A stretch of DNA of 64,000 nucleotides from the NCBI GenBank assembly GCA_963977015.1, contig CAXBMO010000004.1:256001-320000 (forward strand), read 5' to 3'. A program made the translations under genes and the position numbers. This stretch comes from an uncultured bacterium (GTDB lineage Bacteria; Verrucomicrobiota; Verrucomicrobiia; Verrucomicrobiales; DEV007). Under the pieces are notes generated by a model. It had not been told where the DNA came from and did not search any database. It saw only the letters and a list, made by a program, of their open reading frames with translations. Below are positions 9,201-17,787 of this stretch, piece after piece. How positions within the stretch are numbered: position 1 is the first letter of the stretch; each line of letters begins with the position of its first letter.

Positions 9201-10640
9201 TCAACCCTTTTTGATCGCAATCAAGGTGATGTCATCGCTTTGCGGTGCGTTTCCCACAAATGCGCGCAACTCATCGTTGAGCCGAGAAATAATGGCCTCT
9301 GAAGTGTGGTTGGCAAAATTCTTCAACACTTCCGTCATTCGCTCGGTGCCATATTCCTCAGTTTGAGCGTTTTCGGCTTCCGTCACCCCATCCGTGTAAA
9401 GAAGCAACACGTCTCCGTCTCGAAATTCGAACTCGAAATCCGAGATGATGCGCTCAAAGACTCCTCCACTGTCGATTCCCAAGGCCATTCCGGCCGGTTC
9501 CAACACCTCAATCTCTTTGGCGTCCCCCCGGTAGACCATTGGCGGATTGTGGCCGGCTCTCGCCATCGTAACCTTGTCCGACTCCCCATCGAAAATGAGA
9601 TAGGCCAGGGTCACAAACATATCCTCGCGAATATCGGAAAAAATCTGGCGATTCACGGTTCGCAGCACTTCGGCCGGCGATAGGGTGTCAAAGGCTCTGG
9701 CGCGAAGCACGCTTCGGCAGGTCGCCATGATAAGTGATGCGGGTAACCCTTTGCCTGCCACATCAGCAATCACGATACCCAGGTGACTTTCGTCCAACTT
9801 GATATAGTCGAAATAGTCTCCGCTTACGACTTTGGCGGGATAATTGACCCCGGCGATGTCAAAATCCGCAACATCGGGCGCTTCCACCGGCAGGAGAATG
9901 CGTTGAAACTCGCTCGCGGTTCGCAAGTCAGCATCCCACAACCGCTTGTCGCGCGCCTCCTTGTGCAGCTCCGCCGTTCCCAAGGCATAGGAACTCTGCT
10001 CTGCCAAGGAACGGAAGACCTCGGCCTCATTCTCAGAAAATGGCGCAGCGGGCACTTTGCGGGCAATCATAAGCAAGCCCAACGGCTTTCCTGCGTAGAT
10101 CAGCGGACCAATGATCAGGGAAACGCCTTCGTGAAGATCAGGAATCGCCGACGCGCCAAAATCCGGATGCGAAGCCAAATCATCAATGCGCAACGGCTTC
10201 TGCGTTTCCATGGGCCGACTGTAAATCGGGTGCGACGAATCAATGGCCTGTAGCCGAATGTAATTGCTGATTGCGCTGGGCTTGGTATCCCGCTCTTTGG
10301 CCACATCATCAGGAAGCAGAACCAGTGGCGGACAATTGTTGGAGATGAATTTGGGAACCAATTCGCTCTTCGTATCATCGAGCAGGTAAAGGGAGGCTCC
10401 ATTGGCTTCCAGGGCCTGGATGATTCCCTCTACGATGCAACGATGCATGTTGGCCGGACTGTAGTCCTGTTGAACCGCCAACCCCAGATTGTGAAGGAAT
10501 TGAAACGCGCGATCCTCTTCGCCCCGCATTCGCTCGCTCGCCTTCCTCAGACCAGCAATCATCTTGTGCTGTTGCCGAAGACTTACGGCTAATCCTGCCG
10601 AAACCATTAGCAGCAGGAAGAGCAGTAGATACGGAATCAC
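9201..10640 (-). CDS. membrane-anchored GAF + PP2C/SpoIIE (RsbU-like) phosphatase
   Basis: N-terminal TM, a GAF-like region, and motifs VSGDYFD, IADVAGKG, AGHNP, YTDGVTE and DDIT. Confidence 0.92.
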   Translation of the reverse strand: MIPYLLLFLLLMVSAGLAVSLRQQHKMIAGLRKASERMRGEEDRAFQFLHNLGLAVQQDYSPANMHRCIVEGIIQALEANGASLYLLDDTKSELVPKFISNNCPPLVLLPDDVAKERDTKPSAISNYIRLQAIDSSHPIYSRPMETQKPLRIDDLASHPDFGASAIPDLHEGVSLIIGPLIYAGKPLGLLMIARKVPAAPFSENEAEVFRSLAEQSSYALGTAELHKEARDKRLWDADLRTASEFQRILLPVEAPDVADFDIAGVNYPAKVVSGDYFDYIKLDESHLGIVIADVAGKGLPASLIMATCRSVLRARAFDTLSPAEVLRTVNRQIFSDIREDMFVTLAYLIFDGESDKVTMARAGHNPPMVYRGDAKEIEVLEPAGMALGIDSGGVFERIISDFEFEFRDGDVLLLYTDGVTEAENAQTEEYGTERMTEVLKNFANHTSEAIISRLNDELRAFVGNAPQSDDITLIAIKKG

Positions 10641-11200
10641 GTGTCTTTTGCCTTCGCCTCTCGAGTCTCCGCTACATCCTGCTTCAAATACTCAAGAACA
10701 TCGCTAAATCGACTTTCGTTTTCTGCATTGGCCTGGCAGAGGGCTTCATGCGCATGAAGAACGTGCTCTTTATGCTCTGTCCGGTCCAAAGGAGCCACTG
10801 AGATCGACTGCGTTACATTCTCACGCACCAATTCTCGTTCTTTCGACCAGGACTCGCCTTTGGTATCGAGTTCAAGAATTTGATCAAGGCCCAAGCTCTG
10901 AACCAATTCCGTGTTGCGGGCGTTTGGGTTGATCAATTCCAACAGGCTGCCGGGATGCCCCTGCAAAATGAGGGCAATTCCCGTCAGAGTTCCCATGAAT
11001 GTGGAATCCATCACCGGGCATTCCTCCAAATCCACCACAAGGTGCATTTGGCCCATGCTTACCATGTGATCCGCAAAGGCTCTTAGATTGGGACTATTTT
11101 GGAATGACCCTTTTCCTTGGACTCGTATCCAAGCAACATCTCCAAATAAGCCGGCAAGGATGGCTGGAGTGTTTTTCTGATCTTTCACCGTAGTGGACAT
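10637..11200 (-). CDS. STAS-domain anti-sigma-factor antagonist
   Basis: VVDLEECPVMDSTFMG contains the phosphorylatable Ser, followed by LGLD. The stop overlaps the phosphatase start (GTGA). Start placed at MSTTVK. Confidence 0.88.
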   Translation of the reverse strand: MSTTVKDQKNTPAILAGLFGDVAWIRVQGKGSFQNSPNLRAFADHMVSMGQMHLVVDLEECPVMDSTFMGTLTGIALILQGHPGSLLELINPNARNTELVQSLGLDQILELDTKGESWSKERELVRENVTQSISVAPLDRTEHKEHVLHAHEALCQANAENESRFSDVLEYLKQDVAETREAKAKDT

Positions 11201-11312
11201 TACGGGTGTTGGGGCGGGGGTGAGATGGACTAAAGGTAACTCGACGCCTTGGAAGATCGCACATGACGCCGGTGAGTTCAACTTTCCCTCACCTGCCTCA
11301 TCAGCATTCAGA

Positions 11313-11798
11313 TCATTCCCAGAGAAAAGATTCCACGAAGGAAACAACTTCTCCGTCGCGAACGAGGGACGCTTTCCATGCAACGACGTTTCCGTCGGTT
11401 TTAAACTCTTCTCCAACAATGTTGATGTCGGTCGTATTTTGGCGCTCCACTTTATCAACGGTCACCTCTTTCACCTTCACCTCGTCGCCAGTATTGGCCT
11501 GCAGGTATTCCAGTCTCACCACCATGCCCGGGCGTCGATCCCCTTTTGAGCGCCAGAAGATCGTGTAGTACTTTCCTTCGCGCGCTCGATACTCTTCCGA
11601 CGTAATTGCGCCATAGAGGAGATAGCTCCTTTCGAAACCGATCATCGCGTCTTCTGTCCGCAACGATTGGCTCAAATTGAGTTGCTCATATTTGACCTTC
11701 CGGATTTCGGGCTGGCCATCCCCGGCCAAACTGATTTGGGGGGCGATAAGCGCCAGACCAAATGTGGCGAGAGTGAGAGATTTTATGAAAGTGCGCAT
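11313..11798 (-). CDS. exported hypothetical protein
   Basis: Signal peptide MRTFIKSLTLATFGLALIAPQISLA and a beta-rich mature domain ending FLWE. Confidence 0.75.
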   Translation of the reverse strand: MRTFIKSLTLATFGLALIAPQISLAGDGQPEIRKVKYEQLNLSQSLRTEDAMIGFERSYLLYGAITSEEYRAREGKYYTIFWRSKGDRRPGMVVRLEYLQANTGDEVKVKEVTVDKVERQNTTDINIVGEEFKTDGNVVAWKASLVRDGEVVSFVESFLWE

Positions 11799-11993
11799 GA
11801 CAATGAGGGTGTCATTGGTGTGACCTCTTATTGCGGACCTTTTCATGATATGTCCAGTAAATAACGATGTAATTTGGCGGGTTCGACAGGATCGCCCCGG
11901 TCGCGACCGGCACACGTCCCACTCGCAGTTTCCAGCATTTTGCCAACAAAACAGCTCTTGAGCAATTCAAATTCCACAACTAACAAAATTCCC

Positions 11994-13304
11994 ATGAATC
12001 CCGTCCCCCTGATCGCAATCTCTGCTCTGCTCCTGTCTCTCTCTCATGCTGCTGAATGGCCCGAGTGGCGGGGCCCCGGTCAGCAAGGTCACGCTCCTGG
12101 CGCCTCCGACTTGGCAACCACCTGGTCTGAATCAACCAATGTGTCCTGGAAAACGCCAATCCCGGGACGGGGACACTCGACGCCGTTGATCGACGGAAAT
12201 GAGATTTGGCTGACAACGGCATTCGAGACCAAGGCGAGCCCGGAAGAAACCCAAAAGCGGCTCGAAGCAAACTCGGGCAGCCAACCGCTCGTCGTCCTGG
12301 CAAAGGTTCAATTCCATGCGATTTGCGTGGATCGGGAATCGGGCAGAATCCTCAAGAACATTGCGCTTTTCAGCCGGGAAAATCCTCAGTGGGTCCACAA
12401 ATTGAACAGCTACGCCTCGCCAACTCCGATCTTGAGGGATGGGAAGCTCTTTGCTCACTTTGGCGCGTTTGGAACCGCTTGCCTCGACACCCGGTCTGGA
12501 AAGGTTGCGTGGACGAATCTGGATTTGCACGTGATGCACGAAAACGGCCCGGGAGGATCGCCTGTGCTAACCGGGAACCGGCTCATCTTCAATCTCGATG
12601 GAAGCGATGACCAGTTTATCGCCGCGCTCGATACGGAAACGGGCAAACTGGCCTGGAAAACCCCACGCAGCGGCGAACTCAACGAGAATCCCCAGCTCCA
12701 GAAAGCCTGTGGAACTCCCATCCTCCTAACCACTCCCAAAGGAACCGAAGTGTTGTCTCCCGCGGCGGATTGGCTTTACTCCTACGATCCTTCAACCGGG
12801 AAAGAACTTTGGAAGATCGGCTACAACCACCTGGGATTCTCCAATGTCTCCCGCCCCGTCGTCGGCCATGGCATGATTTACCTGCCGACGTGTTTCATGA
12901 AGAGCAAACTCCTCGCGATTCGCTACGATGGAAGCGCCAAGCCCGAGATCGCCTGGGAGGTAACCCGTGCGATGCCGAACCAACCCTCCCCTCTTTTGAT
13001 CGGGCACGAGATTTACACCATCGATGATCGGGGAATCGCCAGTAGCATAGACGCCAAAACCGGCGAGGTGAATTGGCAGGAACGCCTCGAAGGCAATTTC
13101 TCAGCCTCGCCACTCTTTGCCGACGGCAAAATTTACGCGGGAACCCAGGATGGCAAAATGGTCATCTTCGAGCCGGGAAATGAACTGAAGATCATCGCCG
13201 AAAACCATTTGGACGACGGATTGATGGCTTCACCGGTGGCGGTCGAAAACGCACTTTACCTACGAACCGAAAAAGCCCTCTACCGGGTCGAAAAGCTCGA
13301 TTAG
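11994..13304 (+). CDS. PQQ-like beta-propeller repeat protein
   Basis: Signal peptide, WPEWRGP, repeated xD/ExxTGKxxW blades, and SASP/MASP motifs. Confidence 0.9.
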   Translation: MNPVPLIAISALLLSLSHAAEWPEWRGPGQQGHAPGASDLATTWSESTNVSWKTPIPGRGHSTPLIDGNEIWLTTAFETKASPEETQKRLEANSGSQPLVVLAKVQFHAICVDRESGRILKNIALFSRENPQWVHKLNSYASPTPILRDGKLFAHFGAFGTACLDTRSGKVAWTNLDLHVMHENGPGGSPVLTGNRLIFNLDGSDDQFIAALDTETGKLAWKTPRSGELNENPQLQKACGTPILLTTPKGTEVLSPAADWLYSYDPSTGKELWKIGYNHLGFSNVSRPVVGHGMIYLPTCFMKSKLLAIRYDGSAKPEIAWEVTRAMPNQPSPLLIGHEIYTIDDRGIASSIDAKTGEVNWQERLEGNFSASPLFADGKIYAGTQDGKMVIFEPGNELKIIAENHLDDGLMASPVAVENALYLRTEKALYRVEKLD

Positions 13305-13341
13305 AGCGGCGTAGTCAATACAACGAGGAGATTTGGCTGGT

Positions 13342-14322
13342 CTAGTGGCTGTAGAAGGAGGGAAGGAGATACATCATTCCCGGTTGGAGCCGTGGAAACA
13401 CTTGTTCCGGCAGGCTGATCTCAACCTTTGTTGAGCTGCCCTGGGCAAGCCGCGATTGCATGAGACCCAGAGCATCGAAAATGGAGACTTCTCGATTGTA
13501 CTTCATGACCTTCGCGTCGGGAGCCTTGGCCAATTCCCGCGCCCGGTCATAGGCGTCTTCGATATAGCCGATTTTGTCGATCAACTTCTTGGAAAGGGCT
13601 TCCGTTCCCGTGAAGATCCGGCCATCCGCGATGTTCGCCCGCAACTCTGATTCGGGAATTTCCGTGCGAGCTTCCTTCACCACCGTGAGAAAGCGCTCGT
13701 AAATCTGATCCACCATTCCCTGAACCATTTTCTGCTCATCCTCACGCATCGGGCGACTCCCGCTCATCGTGTCCTTGAACTTGCCGCTCGTGAACACAAC
13801 GGAATCGACGCCCAGTTTGTCGAACAGCGTCTCGTAGTTCAGCGTGGAAATGATGACACCGATACTGCCCGTCATGGTGGTGTAGTTGGCCATGATTTCC
13901 GTGCCTCCGCAGGCCGCGTAATAGCCGCCACTTGCCGCAACACTGTCCATGTAGATGACCACGGGCTTTTTCGCGGCAGTCTTTTTGACGTGATTGTAGA
14001 GAACGTCCGATGCGGTGACTTCGCCGCCCGGAGAATTCACTCTCAACACGATCGCCTTCACGTCGTCATCTTCACGAGCACGCTTCAGATCTTTGCCCAG
14101 TCGTTCGACCATCGACCCTCCAGCACCGCCCCACCCGCCATCAATCGATGAGGAAATGACGCCCTCCAGGTCAATGTGGGCGATCTTGTCGCCGTAAACC
14201 GTGTCTCTGTCGTCAACGCTTGAAATCATCAAGCCTACCACGACAAAAAAACCTATCATTGCGATCGCCACCGCGCCAAAAGCGAGCAGGCAGCCAATTG
14301 TGAAACCTTTCCGTTCAGCCAT
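13342..14322 (-). CDS. sppA: signal peptide peptidase SppA (36K type, S49)
   Basis: Motifs VNSPGG, AASGGYY, TGSIGV, SGKFKD and DGRIFTG, with an N-terminal TM. Confidence 0.93.
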   Translation of the reverse strand: MAERKGFTIGCLLAFGAVAIAMIGFFVVVGLMISSVDDRDTVYGDKIAHIDLEGVISSSIDGGWGGAGGSMVERLGKDLKRAREDDDVKAIVLRVNSPGGEVTASDVLYNHVKKTAAKKPVVIYMDSVAASGGYYAACGGTEIMANYTTMTGSIGVIISTLNYETLFDKLGVDSVVFTSGKFKDTMSGSRPMREDEQKMVQGMVDQIYERFLTVVKEARTEIPESELRANIADGRIFTGTEALSKKLIDKIGYIEDAYDRARELAKAPDAKVMKYNREVSIFDALGLMQSRLAQGSSTKVEISLPEQVFPRLQPGMMYLLPSFYSH

Positions 14323-14444
14323 AATTTGTTCAACGTAAGACGCGTTCTGGGTCGGGACAAGCGCCGAGTTTTCGACAGCCATTCCTTCTCCCGCCTACAG
14401 ATACGGGTCGACTGGCTATTTGAGCGAGCCGACACGCGCTTTCT

Positions 14445-15905
14445 TCAAAAATCCTGACGGCGCAGACTCGCGACGGCAAAGGGCAGCGTTTCCGCCACCA
14501 ACCCGGCGCTCACACCTTCCGGAGCATAACCACGCTCCCAAACCAAAATTTCTGCCGACCGTCCCAGGAGCCAGCTTCCAAGGCAGGCCGCGTCATAGAG
14601 GTCGATTCCCCGGGCGGCCAACGCCGCGCAAACCCCGGTCAGGACGTCGCCCATCCCGCCACTGGCCATTCCCGGATTGCCCGTCGTGTTCAGCGCCAAC
14701 GGACGATTGGGAGCCGCAATGGCCGTCCGAGCCCCCTTGAAAAGCAGTTTGAGGCCGTACCGCTCGACAAATGCATTGGCAATTTCGCCGCGATTTCCCT
14801 CCAAATCCGGGGCAAGACGGCGCATTTCTCCCGGATGAGGCGTAAAAAGGCGATTGGGCGGGAGCTCGTCCATTCTGTCCCGGTTGCGAGCAACCGCGTT
14901 CAGCGCGTCCGCATCCACCACCATCGGGCTGGGATCATTCCAAATCAGATCGATCAATTGGGAAGGCGGGTCGGCCCCCAGTCCCGGACCAATCGCGATC
15001 GCATCCCGGTCGATTTCCGTGGCGAGATGTCGCACCATGATTTCCGGTGGCGCCTTTGCCGCAACCAGGGGAAGAACATCGGAATCGCAGAAAATCGAAA
15101 CCAGTCCCCCACCCGCCCGCAACGCTCCCAAACCACAAAGCACGGCCGCACCGGCAAATCCAGGCGATCCGGCAATGATGGAAACACGCCCCGCCCGGCC
15201 CTTGTGGGTGGAAAAGGCGGCTGGCGCCATTTTGAAGGTCAAATCTGGCGCATGCAGACTGGTTCTCGAGGGATCGCCGGCATTGGCGACGATTTCCGGC
15301 AACGGGATCAGGGCAAGTCGCCCCACATGGTCAATCGCGGCATCCGCCACCAAACCCGCCTTGGTGTGGGCAATGGTCAGGGTAAAATCCGCCATCACCG
15401 CTCCATCATAAGGCTCGCCACTATCGCCATCGATGCCTGACGGAATGTCCACAGCGACCGTCACCGCTTTTCCACGACGGCGATTCTCGTTCATTTCCGT
15501 CGCCAACGGGGCCAGTGAACCTCGCAATGCTCCGCTCGCCCCGATTCCCAACAAGCCATCAACTTGGAGATGGACCTGGTTTTCCAGATTTCTCACCGGC
15601 GGCACAGGTGTCGCGTCCAGCTCGGCCATCTTCTTTTGCGTCAACGGAGCCAAATCCTCAAGAGCTCCCACCAAACGCGATTCGACGGCCCAGCCAGCCT
15701 CGCGCAGATGGCGCCCAATCACCGCCGCATCGCCACCATTGTGGCCCTTGCCGATGTAAAGGGTCGCATTTCCCGGTTTGGGGAAGAACTGATGAATGGC
15801 GCGGGCGCATCCCAAACCCGCTTTGTCCATGAGCGGCTCAGCCTCGGCTCCCGTGGCAAAGAGCGCCTCCTCTGCAGCTTTCATCTGGGCACAAGTCAGG
15901 ATCAT
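14445..15905 (-). CDS. nnr: bifunctional NAD(P)H-hydrate epimerase/dehydratase (YjeF/Nnr)
   Basis: Motifs GKGHNGGD, VDIPSG, HKGRAG, IGPGLG, VDADAL, TPHPGE and GGMGDVLTG. Confidence 0.93.
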   Translation of the reverse strand: MILTCAQMKAAEEALFATGAEAEPLMDKAGLGCARAIHQFFPKPGNATLYIGKGHNGGDAAVIGRHLREAGWAVESRLVGALEDLAPLTQKKMAELDATPVPPVRNLENQVHLQVDGLLGIGASGALRGSLAPLATEMNENRRRGKAVTVAVDIPSGIDGDSGEPYDGAVMADFTLTIAHTKAGLVADAAIDHVGRLALIPLPEIVANAGDPSRTSLHAPDLTFKMAPAAFSTHKGRAGRVSIIAGSPGFAGAAVLCGLGALRAGGGLVSIFCDSDVLPLVAAKAPPEIMVRHLATEIDRDAIAIGPGLGADPPSQLIDLIWNDPSPMVVDADALNAVARNRDRMDELPPNRLFTPHPGEMRRLAPDLEGNRGEIANAFVERYGLKLLFKGARTAIAAPNRPLALNTTGNPGMASGGMGDVLTGVCAALAARGIDLYDAACLGSWLLGRSAEILVWERGYAPEGVSAGLVAETLPFAVASLRRQDF

Positions 15906-15959
15906 CGGTCAAGGAATCAGCTCCAACCTAAGATCCCCACGCACCGGGGTCAAGATCGC

Positions 15960-16712
15960 TCAAACCCGGCCACGCACAGACGCGGAATCGTAACTGGAGA
16001 TTCCGGACGCGATGCTTTCCGCCAACGCCTGCCGATACCAGGGCTGCAGACAGCGTTGCCGTTCCTTGGCGTTGCTGATAAATCCTCCCTCAACCAAAAT
16101 CGCAGGTGCTTTGGTGTTCCGCAGCACCGAAAACTGCTGGCGCTTCACACCGCGGTCTTCCGGCTTGAGTTTTCGGATGATGCTGGAATGCACCTTGCTC
16201 GCCAACTGGTAACCAGCGTAACCATAGTAAAAGGTCTCAATCCCTACCGCCGTCGTTCTCCAGGCAGAGTTGAAGTGAATGCTGACAAAAATATTGTCGC
16301 GGTACTTGTTGGAAATGCTGGCCCGGGTCAGGAGCGGAATGAATTCGTCGCGATCCCGAGTCATCACCGTGCGATAGCCCTTGCGCTTCAATTGGATCTG
16401 CAGGCGACGAGATACGTCAAAATTGAGGTGTTTTTCAAACACGCGCCCTTCGTGCGCCCCGACGTCATGGCCGCCATGTCCGGCATCAATCACGACGGTC
16501 TTCACTTTGCCCGCAGCCAAAACGTTCGGCGCGCAAAGCAACGAGGCAGCCCCTCCGAAGAGGCCCGCTGCAGCTTGCTTCAGAAAGGTTCGTCTTTCTG
16601 CCAACGTTAGGTTTCGGTTGTCCACAATAACTTGTTCAGGGCAACAATGTTCTGACCCTTGAGAGGCAGCAATCGACTCGGAAATGGGACTATTGTTGCC
16701 TCCAGAGGTCAT
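15960..16712 (-). CDS. N-acetylmuramoyl-L-alanine amidase (Amidase_3), Tat signal
   Basis: ERRTFLK Tat motif, IDAGHGGHD, EK, SIHFN and ILVEGGF. The true start may be downstream of 16712. Confidence 0.9.
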   Translation of the reverse strand: MTSGGNNSPISESIAASQGSEHCCPEQVIVDNRNLTLAERRTFLKQAAAGLFGGAASLLCAPNVLAAGKVKTVVIDAGHGGHDVGAHEGRVFEKHLNFDVSRRLQIQLKRKGYRTVMTRDRDEFIPLLTRASISNKYRDNIFVSIHFNSAWRTTAVGIETFYYGYAGYQLASKVHSSIIRKLKPEDRGVKRQQFSVLRNTKAPAILVEGGFISNAKERQRCLQPWYRQALAESIASGISSYDSASVRGRV

Positions 16713-16778
16713 GACGATGGAAATGATGCCCCTATTCGGCGTTTGTCACATCAAGAACCAAGAAATTTTTGCACCTTG

Positions 16779-17696
16779 TTAGTTCAGAAAGCCAGCCCCA
16801 ACGTTCCCCCCGGGTTTCGGCAATCCCGGAGGTCGTTCCGATAGTTTGCGGACACTCTCACTGAGTGGATTTTGCTTCTCATCCTGTTCGGAGACACCTC
16901 CCACCACGACGATATCGCCATCCGCGGTCGACACCATCTTCGGTCGATCGCCTCCTTTTTCGCGGTAAACCTCTCGCGCGACCATCGTCCCATCAATTCC
17001 GATGACGCTGTGGGCATACGTTTGTGGAGCTCCCATGTGCAGGATATGGAGCCGGTTCTCCAAATCGATCGTCCATTGCGGATCCCGAATCATGATGACC
17101 TGCCCCAGGGAATAGGTAGTCATCACGGCTCCCGACTTCTCATCCTGAACCCGCAAATAGAGTTGTTTCTCCGCTCCGGTGTTGAAACTCAGCAAGGTAA
17201 ACCGGCGATAGGTACCCGCGCCTTCATTTCCCTCCGGAACGCCCAATACCTGGTGCCAAAGCTTCTTCCCATCCGAAATCTGAATCGTCTCCTGCTTGGA
17301 ATTAAAAAATTGATCCAATTGCGTGAAGTAAACACTCGCCCGGATCCGATAAATCCCTTTCTGGCTCATCGAATACATCGAATTGACGGTGATGGTGCGC
17401 TTCAGGCTCTGCCCCGGGGGAACCAGCACCGGCTGAAACTGGTTCTCATTGCGCGGACTGACGAGATGGCCCTGCGCATCGGAAACTTGAAACGTCAACC
17501 ATGGAGACCTTCCGCGTCCCGCCAAAACCACGTCTCGTCCCGCACGATTGGTGATGGTCAGCACCACTTTGACCGGCTCGTAGGCGACAAAGGTGTCTTT
17601 GGTCGGCTTCATGTGCACCGAAAGCTGTGCATGCGAATCCGTCGCAACCATCGCGAAGGTAAAGAGGGCAAGAATAAAGCCGAGGGTTCTGTTCAT
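16779..17696 (-). CDS. exported hypothetical protein
   Basis: Signal peptide ending SHA, a beta-sandwich-like N-terminal region, and native codon style. Confidence 0.75.
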   Translation of the reverse strand: MNRTLGFILALFTFAMVATDSHAQLSVHMKPTKDTFVAYEPVKVVLTITNRAGRDVVLAGRGRSPWLTFQVSDAQGHLVSPRNENQFQPVLVPPGQSLKRTITVNSMYSMSQKGIYRIRASVYFTQLDQFFNSKQETIQISDGKKLWHQVLGVPEGNEGAGTYRRFTLLSFNTGAEKQLYLRVQDEKSGAVMTTYSLGQVIMIRDPQWTIDLENRLHILHMGAPQTYAHSVIGIDGTMVAREVYREKGGDRPKMVSTADGDIVVVGGVSEQDEKQNPLSESVRKLSERPPGLPKPGGNVGAGFLN

Positions 17697-17787
17697 CAGC
17701 GGGTTACAGGCATGTTAGGGGCGTTTTACGTTAATCTATTTTCCGGCGCAGAGAAAGCACCGAGTTAAGACGCCACCATCCCCGTCT

